64,000 nucleotides of DNA from the NCBI GenBank assembly GCA_016710585.1, contig JADJVN010000002.1, positions 87,791 to 151,790 on the forward strand, written 5' to 3'. The notes beneath the pieces were generated by a model that saw only the letters and a program-made list of their open reading frames with translations, was not told the DNA's origin and ran no database searches. This document shows, in pieces, positions 1-9,342 of this stretch (its first letter is position 1; each line of letters starts with the position of its first letter). The position numbers and the translations under genes are program-made. The DNA comes from Saprospiraceae bacterium. Lineage in GTDB: Bacteria; Bacteroidota; Bacteroidia; Chitinophagales; Saprospiraceae.

Positions 1-543
1 ATATTTTGCAAGTGCGCTTGGACCTGAAGAGATGTTTTCAGCCTGTCGATGTTTGACGATATAGTCTATTTGCGATTTGATATCTGATGAAATTTGATTG
101 TAAGAATGAGCTGGTTTTTGGCCAGAAATATTTGCTGAAGTAGATATTATTGGTCTTCCGAATGTTTTGATTAAGCTATTGCAAAATGGATCTTTACAAA
201 TTCGCATTGCGACGGTATTGTTTAAGATGGCGGCATCAGGAAGTGATTTGATATTTTGGTAAACGATAGTCAAAGGTTTATCATAAAGGCTAAGCAATAA
301 ATCTATCCTTGGATGAATTTTATCGACATATTGATAAAGCATTTCAATACTATCGACAAGAAGAATAAATGATTTTGTGGCAGGTCTAGCTTTTATCTGA
401 AATATCTTTTCATAAACTAATGGGTTCAAGGCGTCGCCACCGATGCCCCAAATTGTGTCCGTTGGGTAAAGTATAGTTTGACCTAATTCTAACGCTTGAA
501 TACAATTTTTTAGGTCTTCACTAAATTTTCCATTTTCAGACAT
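1..543 (-). CDS. tsaC: L-threonylcarbamoyladenylate synthase (TsaC/YrdC/Sua5 family); C-terminus runs off the window start
   Basis: Absent from the ORF track because no stop lies in the window. Manual reverse-complement translation from the ATG at 543-541 gives MSENGKFSEDLKNCIQALELGQTILYPTDTIWGIGGDALNPLVYEKIFQIKARPATKSFILLVDS...GRPIISTSANISGQ. YPTDT.WG.G, K.RP and SAN.SG are YrdC-domain hallmarks. Confidence 0.8.
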   Translation of the reverse strand, partial: MSENGKFSEDLKNCIQALELGQTILYPTDTIWGIGGDALNPLVYEKIFQIKARPATKSFILLVDSIEMLYQYVDKIHPRIDLLLSLYDKPLTIVYQNIKSLPDAAILNNTVAMRICKDPFCNSLIKTFGRPIISTSANISGQKPAHSYNQISSDIKSQIDYIVKHRQAENISSGPSALAKY

Positions 544-599
544 AAGATTTTCAATTTTTTAAACTATTAAACGTAATTTTTCGTTTTTGGACATAGATT

Positions 600-2864
600 A
601 TGTGTATTAAATCCAGATTTATTCTTATTATCGGCATTTTTCTGTTATTAATTAACAGAAATTTTGCCCGTCATATTGTAGGAGGAGAGATTTATTATGA
701 GTGTATTGGAATGGATCCTGTTAATAATAGAGTGACATTTCAATTTACAATGAATGTGTATAGAGATTGTTTTAGCACGAATTCAGCTGAACTAGATCCT
801 GAGGCGCAAATTGGTTTTTATGTTCAAAACTCTTCTTTAAATTATGTCCCTTATGGGACAGCGGATGTCAAACTTAGTTCAAGTCGCACTTTAGATCCAA
901 CAAATAATAATCCTTGCATCATTCCACCACGTGTATGTGTGCAAGAAGGTGTTTATACTTTTACAAGAACTTTTGATATCATCAATAGCAGCTATGTAGT
1001 AGTGTATCAAAGATGTTGTAGGAATAATACCATTTCAAATATCCTTGATCCAGATAAACAGGGAGCTGCATTTTACGTAGAGATCACACCTGAGGCCCAA
1101 AGACTATGTAACAGTTCTCCAAGGTTTAAAAATTTTCCACCTATTGTTATATGTGGTGGTGTATTACTTAATCTGGATCATGGCGCAACAGATAAAGAAA
1201 ATGATTTGATAACCTATGAATTCTGTGCACCTTTCTCCGCTGGTGGACAAAATGGAAGTAATGGTGTAGGTAAAATAGATGATTGTAATGGTGTAATGCC
1301 AAATCGATTTAATTGTCCACCTCCATTTAAGACAGTTACATTTCTTTCACCAACATATACATCCAATACACCACTAGCTGGAAATCCTGTAGTAAAGATC
1401 GACCCATCAACTGGATTGATAACTGGCATCCCAGAAAAAATTGGCCAATTTGTGGTAGGCGTTTGTATCAAAGAATATCGCTCTGGAGTCTTGCTCAGTG
1501 TGGTGCGACGAGATTTTCAGTTTAATGTCGCTCAATGTGATATTAAAGTCTCTGCACGAATTCAAGCGGATAGTATATCAAAAGATCAAGAATTCATCGT
1601 CAATACTTGCGGAAATAATACTGTTGATTTTATTAATCAAAGTATTAAAAAAGAGAATATTCGAAGTTTTGATTGGTTTTTTAGAATTGGAACAGATACG
1701 ATACGTGGCAATACAGAACATGTAAAAGTGACATTTCCAAATATTGGAACTTATAGGGGGCAAATGATTTTAAACAAAGGAGTCGAATGTTCCGATACTG
1801 CTTTTATCAACGTCAATGTTTTTCCAGGGATCAATGCAAATTTTAACTATTCTTATGACACTTGTATTGCAGGACCAGTCAGTTTCACTAATTTTTCTAA
1901 ATCTGGTAGCGGCAATATTACAAACAATGATTGGTTATTTGAAGCCAATGGTCAATCAACACTAAAAGATCCAAGTTATATATTCAAAACACCTGGGAAT
2001 AAAGCTATAAGATTGGAGGTGAGGGATATCAATGGATGTATTGATGACACAACCGCAATAATTCCTTATTTTCCAGTTCCCAGTCTTCTTGTAGTTGATC
2101 CTGGAATATTTGAAGGTTGCGAACCTCTTGATGTTTTTTTTGAAAATTTATCTATTCCTATTGACTCTACTTATGATATCACTTGGGATTTTGGTGATGG
2201 TACTTTTTCTGACAGGATTTCCCCGAATCATACTTATCAGAATAAAGGACTTTATTCAGTGAGACTGTCAGTGACTTCACCTATTGGGTGTCATACCGAA
2301 ATAAATTATCCTGATTGGATCACAGTAAAGGAATCACCCAAAGCAGCTTTCGATTATTCACCAGAGATACTGAGTTCATTCAACAATAAAATAGCCATCA
2401 CAGACTATTCACTTAGAGCGAAAACTGTTGAATATATTCTCTCTACAGGGGAGAAATTAAGACTTCGAAATCCAGTCTACACATTTAGAGATACAGGAAT
2501 CTATCATATTAAACAAATCGCAATTCATGAAAATGGATGTATCGATACCCTATTACAAATTTTGGACATTGAACCGAAAGTGACTTTTTTTATGCCCAAT
2601 GTCTTTACACCAAATGGTGATGGAAAAAATGAAGAATTTCTAGGTAAAGGAGCAACTGAGTTCATGCAAAATTTTCAAATGACCATTTGGGATAGATGGG
2701 GAGGTAGATTATTCACAAGCAAAGATCCAAATCTAGGTTGGAATGGTAGATTTGATAACACTGGAGAGTTTGTTCCAAATGGTGTTTATATATATACTTT
2801 AGAGTATAATACAGCTAGAAAAAAGCATATAGAACTTAAGGGTTTCGCTACTGTACTCAGATGA
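600..2864 (+). CDS. Secreted PKD-repeat protein with T9SS type B (gliding-motility-associated, CHU_C-like) C-terminal sorting domain
   Basis: 754-aa ORF with a hydrophobic N-terminus (MCIKSRFILIIGIFLLLI). PKD signature WDFGDGTFSDRISPNHTYQNKGLYSVRLSV. C-terminal FMPNVFTPNGDGKNEEF...GWNGRF...NGVYIY motif. Confidence 0.85.
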   Translation: MCIKSRFILIIGIFLLLINRNFARHIVGGEIYYECIGMDPVNNRVTFQFTMNVYRDCFSTNSAELDPEAQIGFYVQNSSLNYVPYGTADVKLSSSRTLDPTNNNPCIIPPRVCVQEGVYTFTRTFDIINSSYVVVYQRCCRNNTISNILDPDKQGAAFYVEITPEAQRLCNSSPRFKNFPPIVICGGVLLNLDHGATDKENDLITYEFCAPFSAGGQNGSNGVGKIDDCNGVMPNRFNCPPPFKTVTFLSPTYTSNTPLAGNPVVKIDPSTGLITGIPEKIGQFVVGVCIKEYRSGVLLSVVRRDFQFNVAQCDIKVSARIQADSISKDQEFIVNTCGNNTVDFINQSIKKENIRSFDWFFRIGTDTIRGNTEHVKVTFPNIGTYRGQMILNKGVECSDTAFINVNVFPGINANFNYSYDTCIAGPVSFTNFSKSGSGNITNNDWLFEANGQSTLKDPSYIFKTPGNKAIRLEVRDINGCIDDTTAIIPYFPVPSLLVVDPGIFEGCEPLDVFFENLSIPIDSTYDITWDFGDGTFSDRISPNHTYQNKGLYSVRLSVTSPIGCHTEINYPDWITVKESPKAAFDYSPEILSSFNNKIAITDYSLRAKTVEYILSTGEKLRLRNPVYTFRDTGIYHIKQIAIHENGCIDTLLQILDIEPKVTFFMPNVFTPNGDGKNEEFLGKGATEFMQNFQMTIWDRWGGRLFTSKDPNLGWNGRFDNTGEFVPNGVYIYTLEYNTARKKHIELKGFATVLR

Positions 2865-2972
2865 TCGACAAAATTATTTTATCTATTTAAGAATTGTTTA
2901 ACCATGCTATCTTTTTGAATTGCAACATTTTAATTAATTTTGTGGTTGATTCTAAAAAAAATACTAAGAAAA

Positions 2973-3488
2973 ATGTTACAAATGCTTTTAAAAAATTCTA
3001 GATTTCTAAGTTTGACTTTTGTTGTTTGCTTGGCGATCAGCGCATGTGCGCAAAAACCAGCGGTCAATAAAGCTGAAAACGAAGGTTGGATTACAAGTTT
3101 GGATGAAGCAGTTGCCTTATCTAAAAAATCAGGAAAACCAATTATGGCAAATTTTACAGGAAGCGATTGGTGTGGCTGGTGTAAGAGACTTACTTCAGCA
3201 GTATTTTCAAAAGATGAATTTAAAACTTGGGCTTCAAAAAATGTGGTGTTGTTAGAATTGGATTTTCCAAGATTTAAACAATTGCCAACTGAATTGCGCA
3301 ATCAAAACCAAGCACTTCAACAACAATTTCAAGTTGGTGGATTTCCTACGATTTGGGTGTTTGATGCTGCTCAAAATAAATCGACCAAGCAATTTGAATT
3401 TACTCAATTAGGAAGAACTGGATACAAGCCTACAGTAGCTGAATTTACAACTGACGTTGATCAAATGATCGCTAGAAGAAAAAAATAA
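2973..3488 (+). CDS. Thioredoxin-fold lipoprotein (CxxC: WCGWC)
   Basis: The ORF track starts at a TTG at 2940. The in-frame ATG at 2973 gives MLQMLLKNSRFLSLTFVVCLAISAC, a lipoprotein-type signal. ANFTGSDWCGWCKRL is a thioredoxin-like active site. Confidence 0.75.
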   Translation: MLQMLLKNSRFLSLTFVVCLAISACAQKPAVNKAENEGWITSLDEAVALSKKSGKPIMANFTGSDWCGWCKRLTSAVFSKDEFKTWASKNVVLLELDFPRFKQLPTELRNQNQALQQQFQVGGFPTIWVFDAAQNKSTKQFEFTQLGRTGYKPTVAEFTTDVDQMIARRKK

Positions 3489-3510
3489 TTTTATTTATTA
3501 AATTTTTAAA

Positions 3511-3545
3511 GCCTCATATTCTTGGAATATGGGGCTTTTTTGCTA
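3511..3545 (+). terminator. Rho-independent terminator
   Basis: Imperfect hairpin gcctcatattc-ttg-gaatatggggc followed by a T7 run, 22 nt after the stop at 3488. Confidence 0.6.
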
Positions 3546-3682
3546 TATATTAGATTTTTTTGATTAAAATAGATTTTTGATCTCAATTGGGTATAGAATT
3601 TGCTTCTCTGTCCAACGTAAATATTTAGCTCGTTTATTTTTTTAAATATAAACCAAATCTAAATTAATAAAAAATTACCGCA

Positions 3683-4675
3683 ATGAAAGCAATAATCCCA
3701 GTTGCAGGAGCAGGAACGAAATTAAGGCCAATTACTTACACACAACCAAAGCCTTTAATACCTGTTGCTGGGAAACCTATTATTGCATTTATAATCGATG
3801 AACTTATACAGGCTGGGATAGAAGATTTTGTTTTTGTCATTGGGTATTTGGGTGAAAAAATAAAATCTTATCTCGATGAGAATTATAGTCACATCAGAAA
3901 GCAATATGTACTTCAAGGAGAAAGAGAAGGTTTGGGACATGCCATCTATTCATGCCGAGAATTTATAGACGATGGCGATCAAGTGATTATCCAACTAGGT
4001 GATTCACTTATTGATATTGACTTTAATGTTTTTATTAATTCTAAATATTCTACTTTAGGGGTGAGCAAGGTAAGTGATCCTAGAAGATTTGGTGTCGTTG
4101 AATTAAATGAAAAAAATTTCGTAAAAAAACTTGTTGAAAAGCCTCAAATTCCGGTGACCAATTTGGCTATTGTGGGATTGTATTTTATTAAAGAATTTAG
4201 ATTGCTCTTTAACGCACTTCAGTCAAATATTCAGAATGGCTTTAAGACAAGAGGAGAATATCATCTCACCGATGGATTAATGAAGATGGTAGAAGATGGA
4301 TGTCGAATTGAAGTGATGGAAGTTAAAAATTGGTTTGATTGTGGGGGTAAGGAGAGTTTGCTAGAGACCAATGCCATCATGCTAGAGCGAAGTTACCACG
4401 ATAGTAATCAATTAGAGTGGGAAGGCAGTATCATCATACCGCCTGTAAATATAGGTAAAAACTGTACGATTAATCATTCTATCATAGGACCTAATGTAAC
4501 GATTGGAGAAGATACAAAAGTAGATAATGCCATCCTTAAAGATGCCATCATTGGGAATTTTACAGTTATAGAAGATGTAGTACTCCAACATTCAATAATA
4601 GGGAATGATGCATTAATTCGAGGAAGATATCAAAGCTTTAATATTGGAGACAATACTGAGATTGATATGGTGTAA
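3683..4675 (+). CDS. Sugar-phosphate nucleotidyltransferase with C-terminal left-handed beta-helix domain
   Basis: N-terminus MKAIIPVAGAGTKLRPITYTQPKPLIPVAGKPII is the NTP_transferase G-x-G-T-R-L motif. The C-terminal third has hexapeptide-like I/V-G repeats (IIGPNVTIGEDTKV..IIGN..IIGNDALI). Confidence 0.75.
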   Translation: MKAIIPVAGAGTKLRPITYTQPKPLIPVAGKPIIAFIIDELIQAGIEDFVFVIGYLGEKIKSYLDENYSHIRKQYVLQGEREGLGHAIYSCREFIDDGDQVIIQLGDSLIDIDFNVFINSKYSTLGVSKVSDPRRFGVVELNEKNFVKKLVEKPQIPVTNLAIVGLYFIKEFRLLFNALQSNIQNGFKTRGEYHLTDGLMKMVEDGCRIEVMEVKNWFDCGGKESLLETNAIMLERSYHDSNQLEWEGSIIIPPVNIGKNCTINHSIIGPNVTIGEDTKVDNAILKDAIIGNFTVIEDVVLQHSIIGNDALIRGRYQSFNIGDNTEIDMV

Positions 4676-4828
4676 AATTTTTACAGACAGGTAAGCTCTT
4701 TAGTTTGTCATATTCCCTAAAATAAAATTTCTAATAAATTAGTTATTATCTATAAATCCGCTTTAGTCAATTTTTTAAAAATAGATTATTGCTTGATTTT
4801 TTATTACAGAAGTTAAATTATCCATAGC

Positions 4829-5197
4829 ATGATGAATTTGAATTATTTGATAATTGTTTCAATGTTGATATTTAGTATAGGCTGCAAGTCTGATCGCGAT
4901 AGCTTTAATAATATCCTCGGTGAATGGAAATGTAGTCAATGGACCACTAGGTCCCAATCGATCAATAAATGCAATGATCAAGTTAAATTTATTTTTAGAC
5001 CTGATAAAAGTTATAGCTCTTTCCTTGGAATCGAAGAATCAGGGACTTTTTTTATTGAAACTCAGATGTTGCATGTAAGTCCAAAAGACAAGATGCAGTT
5101 CTCTGTAAAAATTCAGACCAATAATAAAGATAGTCTGGTATTATTGATGAATAGTGGAGGAGAATTGGAAGAAATGATCTTAACTAAAGTCCATTAA
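4829..5197 (+). CDS. Small hypothetical lipoprotein
   Basis: 122-aa ORF with the signal MMNLNYLIIVSMLIFSIGC (lipobox-like IGC). No family recognised. Confidence 0.5.
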   Translation: MMNLNYLIIVSMLIFSIGCKSDRDSFNNILGEWKCSQWTTRSQSINKCNDQVKFIFRPDKSYSSFLGIEESGTFFIETQMLHVSPKDKMQFSVKIQTNNKDSLVLLMNSGGELEEMILTKVH

Positions 5198-5260
5198 TAT
5201 ACTATCTACCTTGATCAAAAAATCAATGTAAACTGAATTATTTCAATAAGATTTAAATAA

Positions 5261-5863
5261 TTATTTCTTAGCGCCTTTAGCAGCAGCAGCAGCTGTCTCA
5301 GCAGCAGCAGATTTTAAAGCTCTTGTTACTTCAACAGATACAACTGGAGTTGCTTGAGTATTGACAAATTCAACACCTTCTATTGTTTTAATATCTCGAA
5401 TCCTCATCGTCTGTCCTACCTCAAGCGTGGTCACGTCAAGCGTTACTTCAGTAACCATTTTTTCAGGTGTTGTTTTGCATTTAACTGTTCTCAGTTTTTG
5501 AAGTAATTTTCCACCTGTTTTTACACCCGCAGCATTTCCTATAATTCTCAAAGGCACTTCGATTCTGATAGTCTCGCCTTTTACCAATTTTAAGAAATCA
5601 ATATGAATCACCTTGTCAGTAACTGGGTGGAATTGGAGTTCTTTTAGTATGCACTGATGAACTTTGCCTCCTAAATTAATGTCAATAACCTTGAAATCAG
5701 GAGTATAAATGATATGTCTAAGATCAGCTGGAGTTGCATTAAATTGGATATTCTCTCCTTTTGAATATAATACACAGGGAACTAAGCCACTATTTCTGTA
5801 TGTTTTTGCAGCAGATTTGCCATTTTTAGTTCTTTCTTGGCCGTTAAGCGCGATCGTATTCAT
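5261..5863 (-). CDS. rplY: 50S ribosomal protein L25/general stress protein Ctc
   Basis: 200 aa. MNTIALNGQERTKNGKSAAKTYRNSGLVPCVLY... matches the L25/Ctc N-domain. It has an Ala/Lys-rich tail. Confidence 0.9.
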   Translation of the reverse strand: MNTIALNGQERTKNGKSAAKTYRNSGLVPCVLYSKGENIQFNATPADLRHIIYTPDFKVIDINLGGKVHQCILKELQFHPVTDKVIHIDFLKLVKGETIRIEVPLRIIGNAAGVKTGGKLLQKLRTVKCKTTPEKMVTEVTLDVTTLEVGQTMRIRDIKTIEGVEFVNTQATPVVSVEVTRALKSAAAETAAAAAKGAKK

Positions 5864-5900
5864 ATCTTAAAATTTTATAACAAAATGATTAAAAGGAGCG

Positions 5901-5908
5901 CAAAGATA
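5901..5908 (-). promoter_or_regulatory. Bacteroidota -7 promoter element TATCTTTG (TAnnTTTG) upstream of rplY
   Basis: Forward caaagata equals minus-strand TATCTTTG, about 38 nt upstream of the rplY ATG. Confidence 0.45.
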
Positions 5909-5988
5909 AGACTATTATAGATTTTTGAATAAAAAATTTATCTTTTTTATAGAAATTAAACCTAAATCCTTTGCTTTCCTAGCTTTTA

Positions 5989-6912
5989 TTACATAAATAG
6001 TGCTGAAATAGACCTATGTTCGTGAGTATTACGTATTGCTCTAGCAAATAGTTTTGCAGAGCTCAATACCTTGATTTTGGGACTTGTCTGCCTCAATGGG
6101 ATCGTATTAGTGACTATCAGTTCGCTGAGCTTTGATTTTTCAATATTTTCATAAGCCTTACCAGATAGTACAGGATGGGTACACATAGCTTTGACGCTAA
6201 TTGCTCCTTTTTCTATAAGAGCTTCGGCCGCTTTGCACAAGGTGCCAGCTGTGTCTACAATATCATCTATCAAAATAATCTCTTTACCAGCCACATCACC
6301 AATAACAGTCATGCTCTCTACTTCATTAGCTTTTTTACGATATTTATCACAAATTACTAACTCTTTTTGAAAATGCTTAGCATAAGTTCTTGCCCTTTTT
6401 ACTCCGCCAACATCTGGACAAGCAAAAACAACATTTTCTATACCTGTTTCTTCTAAATAAGGCATAAAAATGGCCTCACTCTTCAAGTGGTCAACTGGAA
6501 TATCAAAAAATCCTTGTATTTGGTCTGCATGAAGGTCCATAGTCATGATGCGGTTAGCTCCTGCTGCTTGGATAATATTGGCCACTAATTTTGCAGATAT
6601 AGGTACTCTTGGCTTATCTTTTCTATCTTGTCTTGCGTATCCATAATAAGGGATTACAGCAATAATATAATCTGCAGAAGCCCTTTTAGCGGCATCAATC
6701 ATAAGTAATAACTCCATGATATTCTCAGCAGGAGCTGCAGTAGTTTGAATAAAAAAAACGTATTCGCCTCTTACAGATTCATTAATTACTGGCTGCATTT
6801 CACCATCACTAAATTTTGAAATCTGGATGTCTCCAAGTGGTGATCCATAATGATCGGCTATGTCTTCTGCCAAATATCTTGAATTTGTTCCTGAAAATAA
6901 TTTTACATTCAT
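5989..6912 (-). CDS. prs: Ribose-phosphate pyrophosphokinase
   Basis: MNVKLFSGTNSRYLAEDIADHY...DLHADQIQGFF...DDIVDTAGT are classic Prs motifs. The start was moved from 6930 to the ATG at 6912 because the TAGGTTTG promoter motif overlaps the upstream ATG, and Prs proteins begin M.(K)LF.G. Confidence 0.92.
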   Translation of the reverse strand: MNVKLFSGTNSRYLAEDIADHYGSPLGDIQISKFSDGEMQPVINESVRGEYVFFIQTTAAPAENIMELLLMIDAAKRASADYIIAVIPYYGYARQDRKDKPRVPISAKLVANIIQAAGANRIMTMDLHADQIQGFFDIPVDHLKSEAIFMPYLEETGIENVVFACPDVGGVKRARTYAKHFQKELVICDKYRKKANEVESMTVIGDVAGKEIILIDDIVDTAGTLCKAAEALIEKGAISVKAMCTHPVLSGKAYENIEKSKLSELIVTNTIPLRQTSPKIKVLSSAKLFARAIRNTHEHRSISALFM

Positions 6913-6927
6913 GATGGAAAATTTCTG

Positions 6928-6935
6928 CAAACCTA
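6928..6935 (-). promoter_or_regulatory. Bacteroidota -7 promoter element TAGGTTTG upstream of prs
   Basis: Minus-strand tattgTAGGTTTGcagaaattttccatcATG. The motif ends 15 nt before the ATG at 6912. Confidence 0.5.
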
Positions 6936-7002
6936 CAATATTTATTCCTTAATCAAATTGTATTGCTCTTGCTTTTTAAATTATTGTAGTTTTGTAGCTG
7001 AT

Positions 7003-7420
7003 ATGCAAAGAATTCCAGGTTTGTTTTTTGCCCCTTCAAAGCTTGTGGGAAGAGGCGTTTTTACAGCAGAAGATATAGTGAAGGGGACGACTTTGAGATT
7101 GCTCCAATTATCGAAATCCCTGAGTCAGAAGTTGATGTCATACATCATACTGAATTGCATGACTACTATTTTGTTTGGGGTGAACAGGATGAAAAGGCAG
7201 CTATTGCGTTGGGATATGGTTCTTTGTATAACCATTCTTATTCCCCAATGCCAATTATATATTTGATTTGGATGCTCAGACGATTGAATTTTTTGCTCTG
7301 AAAAAAATTAAAGCTGGAGAGGAAATTACAATAAATTATCACGGTGATCCAGATGTTAAAGATGAACTTTGGTTTGACAAAACGGGTCAAAGAATAAAAA
7401 GGATCAAGGCGAAATTATGA
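7003..7420 (+). pseudogene. SET-domain protein gene interrupted by two single-base frameshifts
   Basis: Frame 1: MQRIPGLFFAPSKLVGRGVFTAEDIVK. Frame shifted near 7081-7086: GDDFEIAPIIEIPESEVDVIHHTELHDYYFVWGEQDEKAAIALGYGSLYNHSYSP. Frame shifted near 7245-7249: NANYIFDLDAQTIEFFALKKIKAGEEITINYHGDPDVKDELWFD. The length of 418 nt is 2 short of a 140-codon frame. The stop TGA overlaps the aroA ATG (ATGA at 7417-7420). Confidence 0.75.
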
Positions 7421-8646
7421 GCTTGAGGCTTGAAAAAAGAATTTTCCTAAAGAGAGCAAATATTTTTCTGCCTTCTTCAAAAAGTATTGCCAATCGTCTC
7501 TTGATCATCAATGCTCTATTGAATAATATAGAGGCTATTGAGAATATGCCAACTTCAAAGGATACTCAAGATTTAATTGCAGCATTGCAAAGCGATTCCT
7601 ATGATATTCATGTAGGAGATGGTGGTACGACCTTTAGATTTGTCTTGGCTTATTTTTTTATAACAAATCAAGAAAAGATTATTGAAGCTACTACATCATT
7701 AAAATCAAGACCTCATAAAACGCTTTTTGAAACTTTAGAAAAACTAGGTGCAAAAATTGAATTTTTAAATAAAGCATATCAATTACCCATTAAAATTTGT
7801 AAAAGAGATCAGCTTGAAATACAAATCAGTGAATTGGAAGTAGATATCGATAAAAGCAATCAGTTTTTAACAGCTTTACTTTTAATTTCGCCATCCTTTA
7901 ATAAGGAATTTAAATTTTTTTGGAAGGGGAATTTTGTTTCAAAATCCTATATAGACATGACGCTTTATTTGATGAGCCAACATGGAATTAAAATTTCCAA
8001 AAAGCCCAATTCAATTACAATCCATCCCTCTTTTTATCAAAGAAAAAGCTTTAAAGTAGAAGCGGATTGGAGCTCAGCGGCATTTTTTTATGCTCTAGCT
8101 GCCATTCAAGAAAGTCCAATAGAATGGGTTCTTATTGATTTGTTTAAGTCAGGACTGCAAGGAGATGAAAGGATAGCAGATATTATGATCGAATTCGGAA
8201 TCGAAAGCAAAGAAACAGATCAAGGAGTATTGATTAGGAATGGAAATAAGTTCAAGGATACGATAGAAATTGATTTTAATAATTGTCCAGATTTATTTCC
8301 GCCAATAGCCATCTGCGCCGCGATGAAAAAAGTAAATTTGATCGGTCTTCAAGTTCAACATTTGCACCACAAAGAATCTGATAGGTTAAGTGAATTAAAA
8401 GGCTTCTTAGAACAACATGGTTCATCTGTGAAAATTCTTGAAACTATGGATGGAGAAATGGTGACAGTGGATAATTCTAATTTTCAAGTAGCAGAGAATA
8501 TCAACGTATTTAGTCAGAATGACCACAGATTAGCGATGTCTTATAGTCTTTTGAGTTATAGGTCGATAGTAACGATAGATGACGAGACAGTAGTAAAGAA
8601 ATCTTTTCCAGATTTTTGGAAAGTTTTTGACTCAATTTCCTGCTGA
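7417..8646 (+). CDS. aroA: 3-phosphoshikimate 1-carboxyvinyltransferase (EPSP synthase)
   Basis: 409 aa. LPSSKSIANRLLIINAL and the later NDHRLAMS motif are EPSP synthase signatures. Confidence 0.85.
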   Translation: MSLRLEKRIFLKRANIFLPSSKSIANRLLIINALLNNIEAIENMPTSKDTQDLIAALQSDSYDIHVGDGGTTFRFVLAYFFITNQEKIIEATTSLKSRPHKTLFETLEKLGAKIEFLNKAYQLPIKICKRDQLEIQISELEVDIDKSNQFLTALLLISPSFNKEFKFFWKGNFVSKSYIDMTLYLMSQHGIKISKKPNSITIHPSFYQRKSFKVEADWSSAAFFYALAAIQESPIEWVLIDLFKSGLQGDERIADIMIEFGIESKETDQGVLIRNGNKFKDTIEIDFNNCPDLFPPIAICAAMKKVNLIGLQVQHLHHKESDRLSELKGFLEQHGSSVKILETMDGEMVTVDNSNFQVAENINVFSQNDHRLAMSYSLLSYRSIVTIDDETVVKKSFPDFWKVFDSISC

Positions 8647-8647
8647 A

Positions 8648-9085
8648 TCATTTAACCCTTTCAACCTCATACAAAGAATACATCAAACGATTCACGTCAG
8701 AATAATTCAATTTAAGCTTGCCTTTTATTTCTATTGACTCTGAGGTATAAGGAATTGCTTCTTTTGCCGAAACCTCCAATACAGTCTCAGGACCAGCAGC
8801 TCCACAAAAGAAACAGCTGCTATAAGGAAAAGCAGAAAACACAAATTCCTTATGACTCTTGTATCCGTCAGTTGGAATAATATACCCTTTGAGTCGAATT
8901 TCTTTAGTTTCGTACGATTTGATTTCTTTGCTAAATATAGGACGATCAACTTTGAGCCCTAAGAGATCATCGTATTCTTTTTTATAGGTTAACTTGCTCA
9001 ATACGGTCCACATGCTGGGACTTTGGGCAAGAATTGTATAACTAGAGAATGTTAACAAGCAAATAATTAAAATAAATTTATTCAC
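8648..9085 (-). CDS. Hypothetical secreted protein (possibly DUF3299-like)
   Basis: 145 aa with signal peptide MNKFILIICLLTFSSYTILAQ and a conserved-looking GYIIP...FVFSAFPYSSCFFCG core. The family assignment is from memory only. Confidence 0.5.
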   Translation of the reverse strand: MNKFILIICLLTFSSYTILAQSPSMWTVLSKLTYKKEYDDLLGLKVDRPIFSKEIKSYETKEIRLKGYIIPTDGYKSHKEFVFSAFPYSSCFFCGAAGPETVLEVSAKEAIPYTSESIEIKGKLKLNYSDVNRLMYSLYEVERVK

Positions 9086-9342
9086 AATTTTATAAACGTG
9101 AAATTATAATGTTTGTTTTCTGAAAAACTAGCTTTAGCTGCTGAATTTCGTTTGTTTCAATGACAGGCGATATAAAGCGAATTATTTCAATCATTTTTAC
9201 CAGATTTTTATAAAAAAAGTAGCTAATTGGGGTTATATTTGAGTGTTTGGGAATAATCTTAAAATTTAGGTATAAGTTTTTTGTCAACAAAATGTAAGTG
9301 TAAAAACTGAAAGCAATTTTTAGTGTTAGTAGCTTGTTGAAA

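Noticed and set aside
6958-7266. ORF-track protein MYCSCFLNYCSF... as a real 102-aa gene
   Set aside because: Only residues 16-44 (MQRIPGLFFAPSKLVGRGVFTAEDIVKG) look protein-like. The rest is the wrong frame of the SET-domain gene, so it is replaced by the pseudogene call 7003-7420.
8644-8650. Convergent genes with almost no spacer and no terminator hairpin: aroA and the secreted protein gene 1 nt apart, also 12994/13004 and 54693/54705
   Set aside because: This is common in compact bacterial genomes. It implies overlapping 3' UTRs, but nothing in the sequence suggests a specific regulatory device.
9090-9290. 66-aa ORF in the spacer upstream of the reductase gene. Similar AT-rich spacer ORFs are at 59060-59323, 34519-34731 and 22363-22566.
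   Set aside because: Ile/Asn/Lys/Phe-rich translations of AT-rich promoter regions. No family resemblance and no start context.
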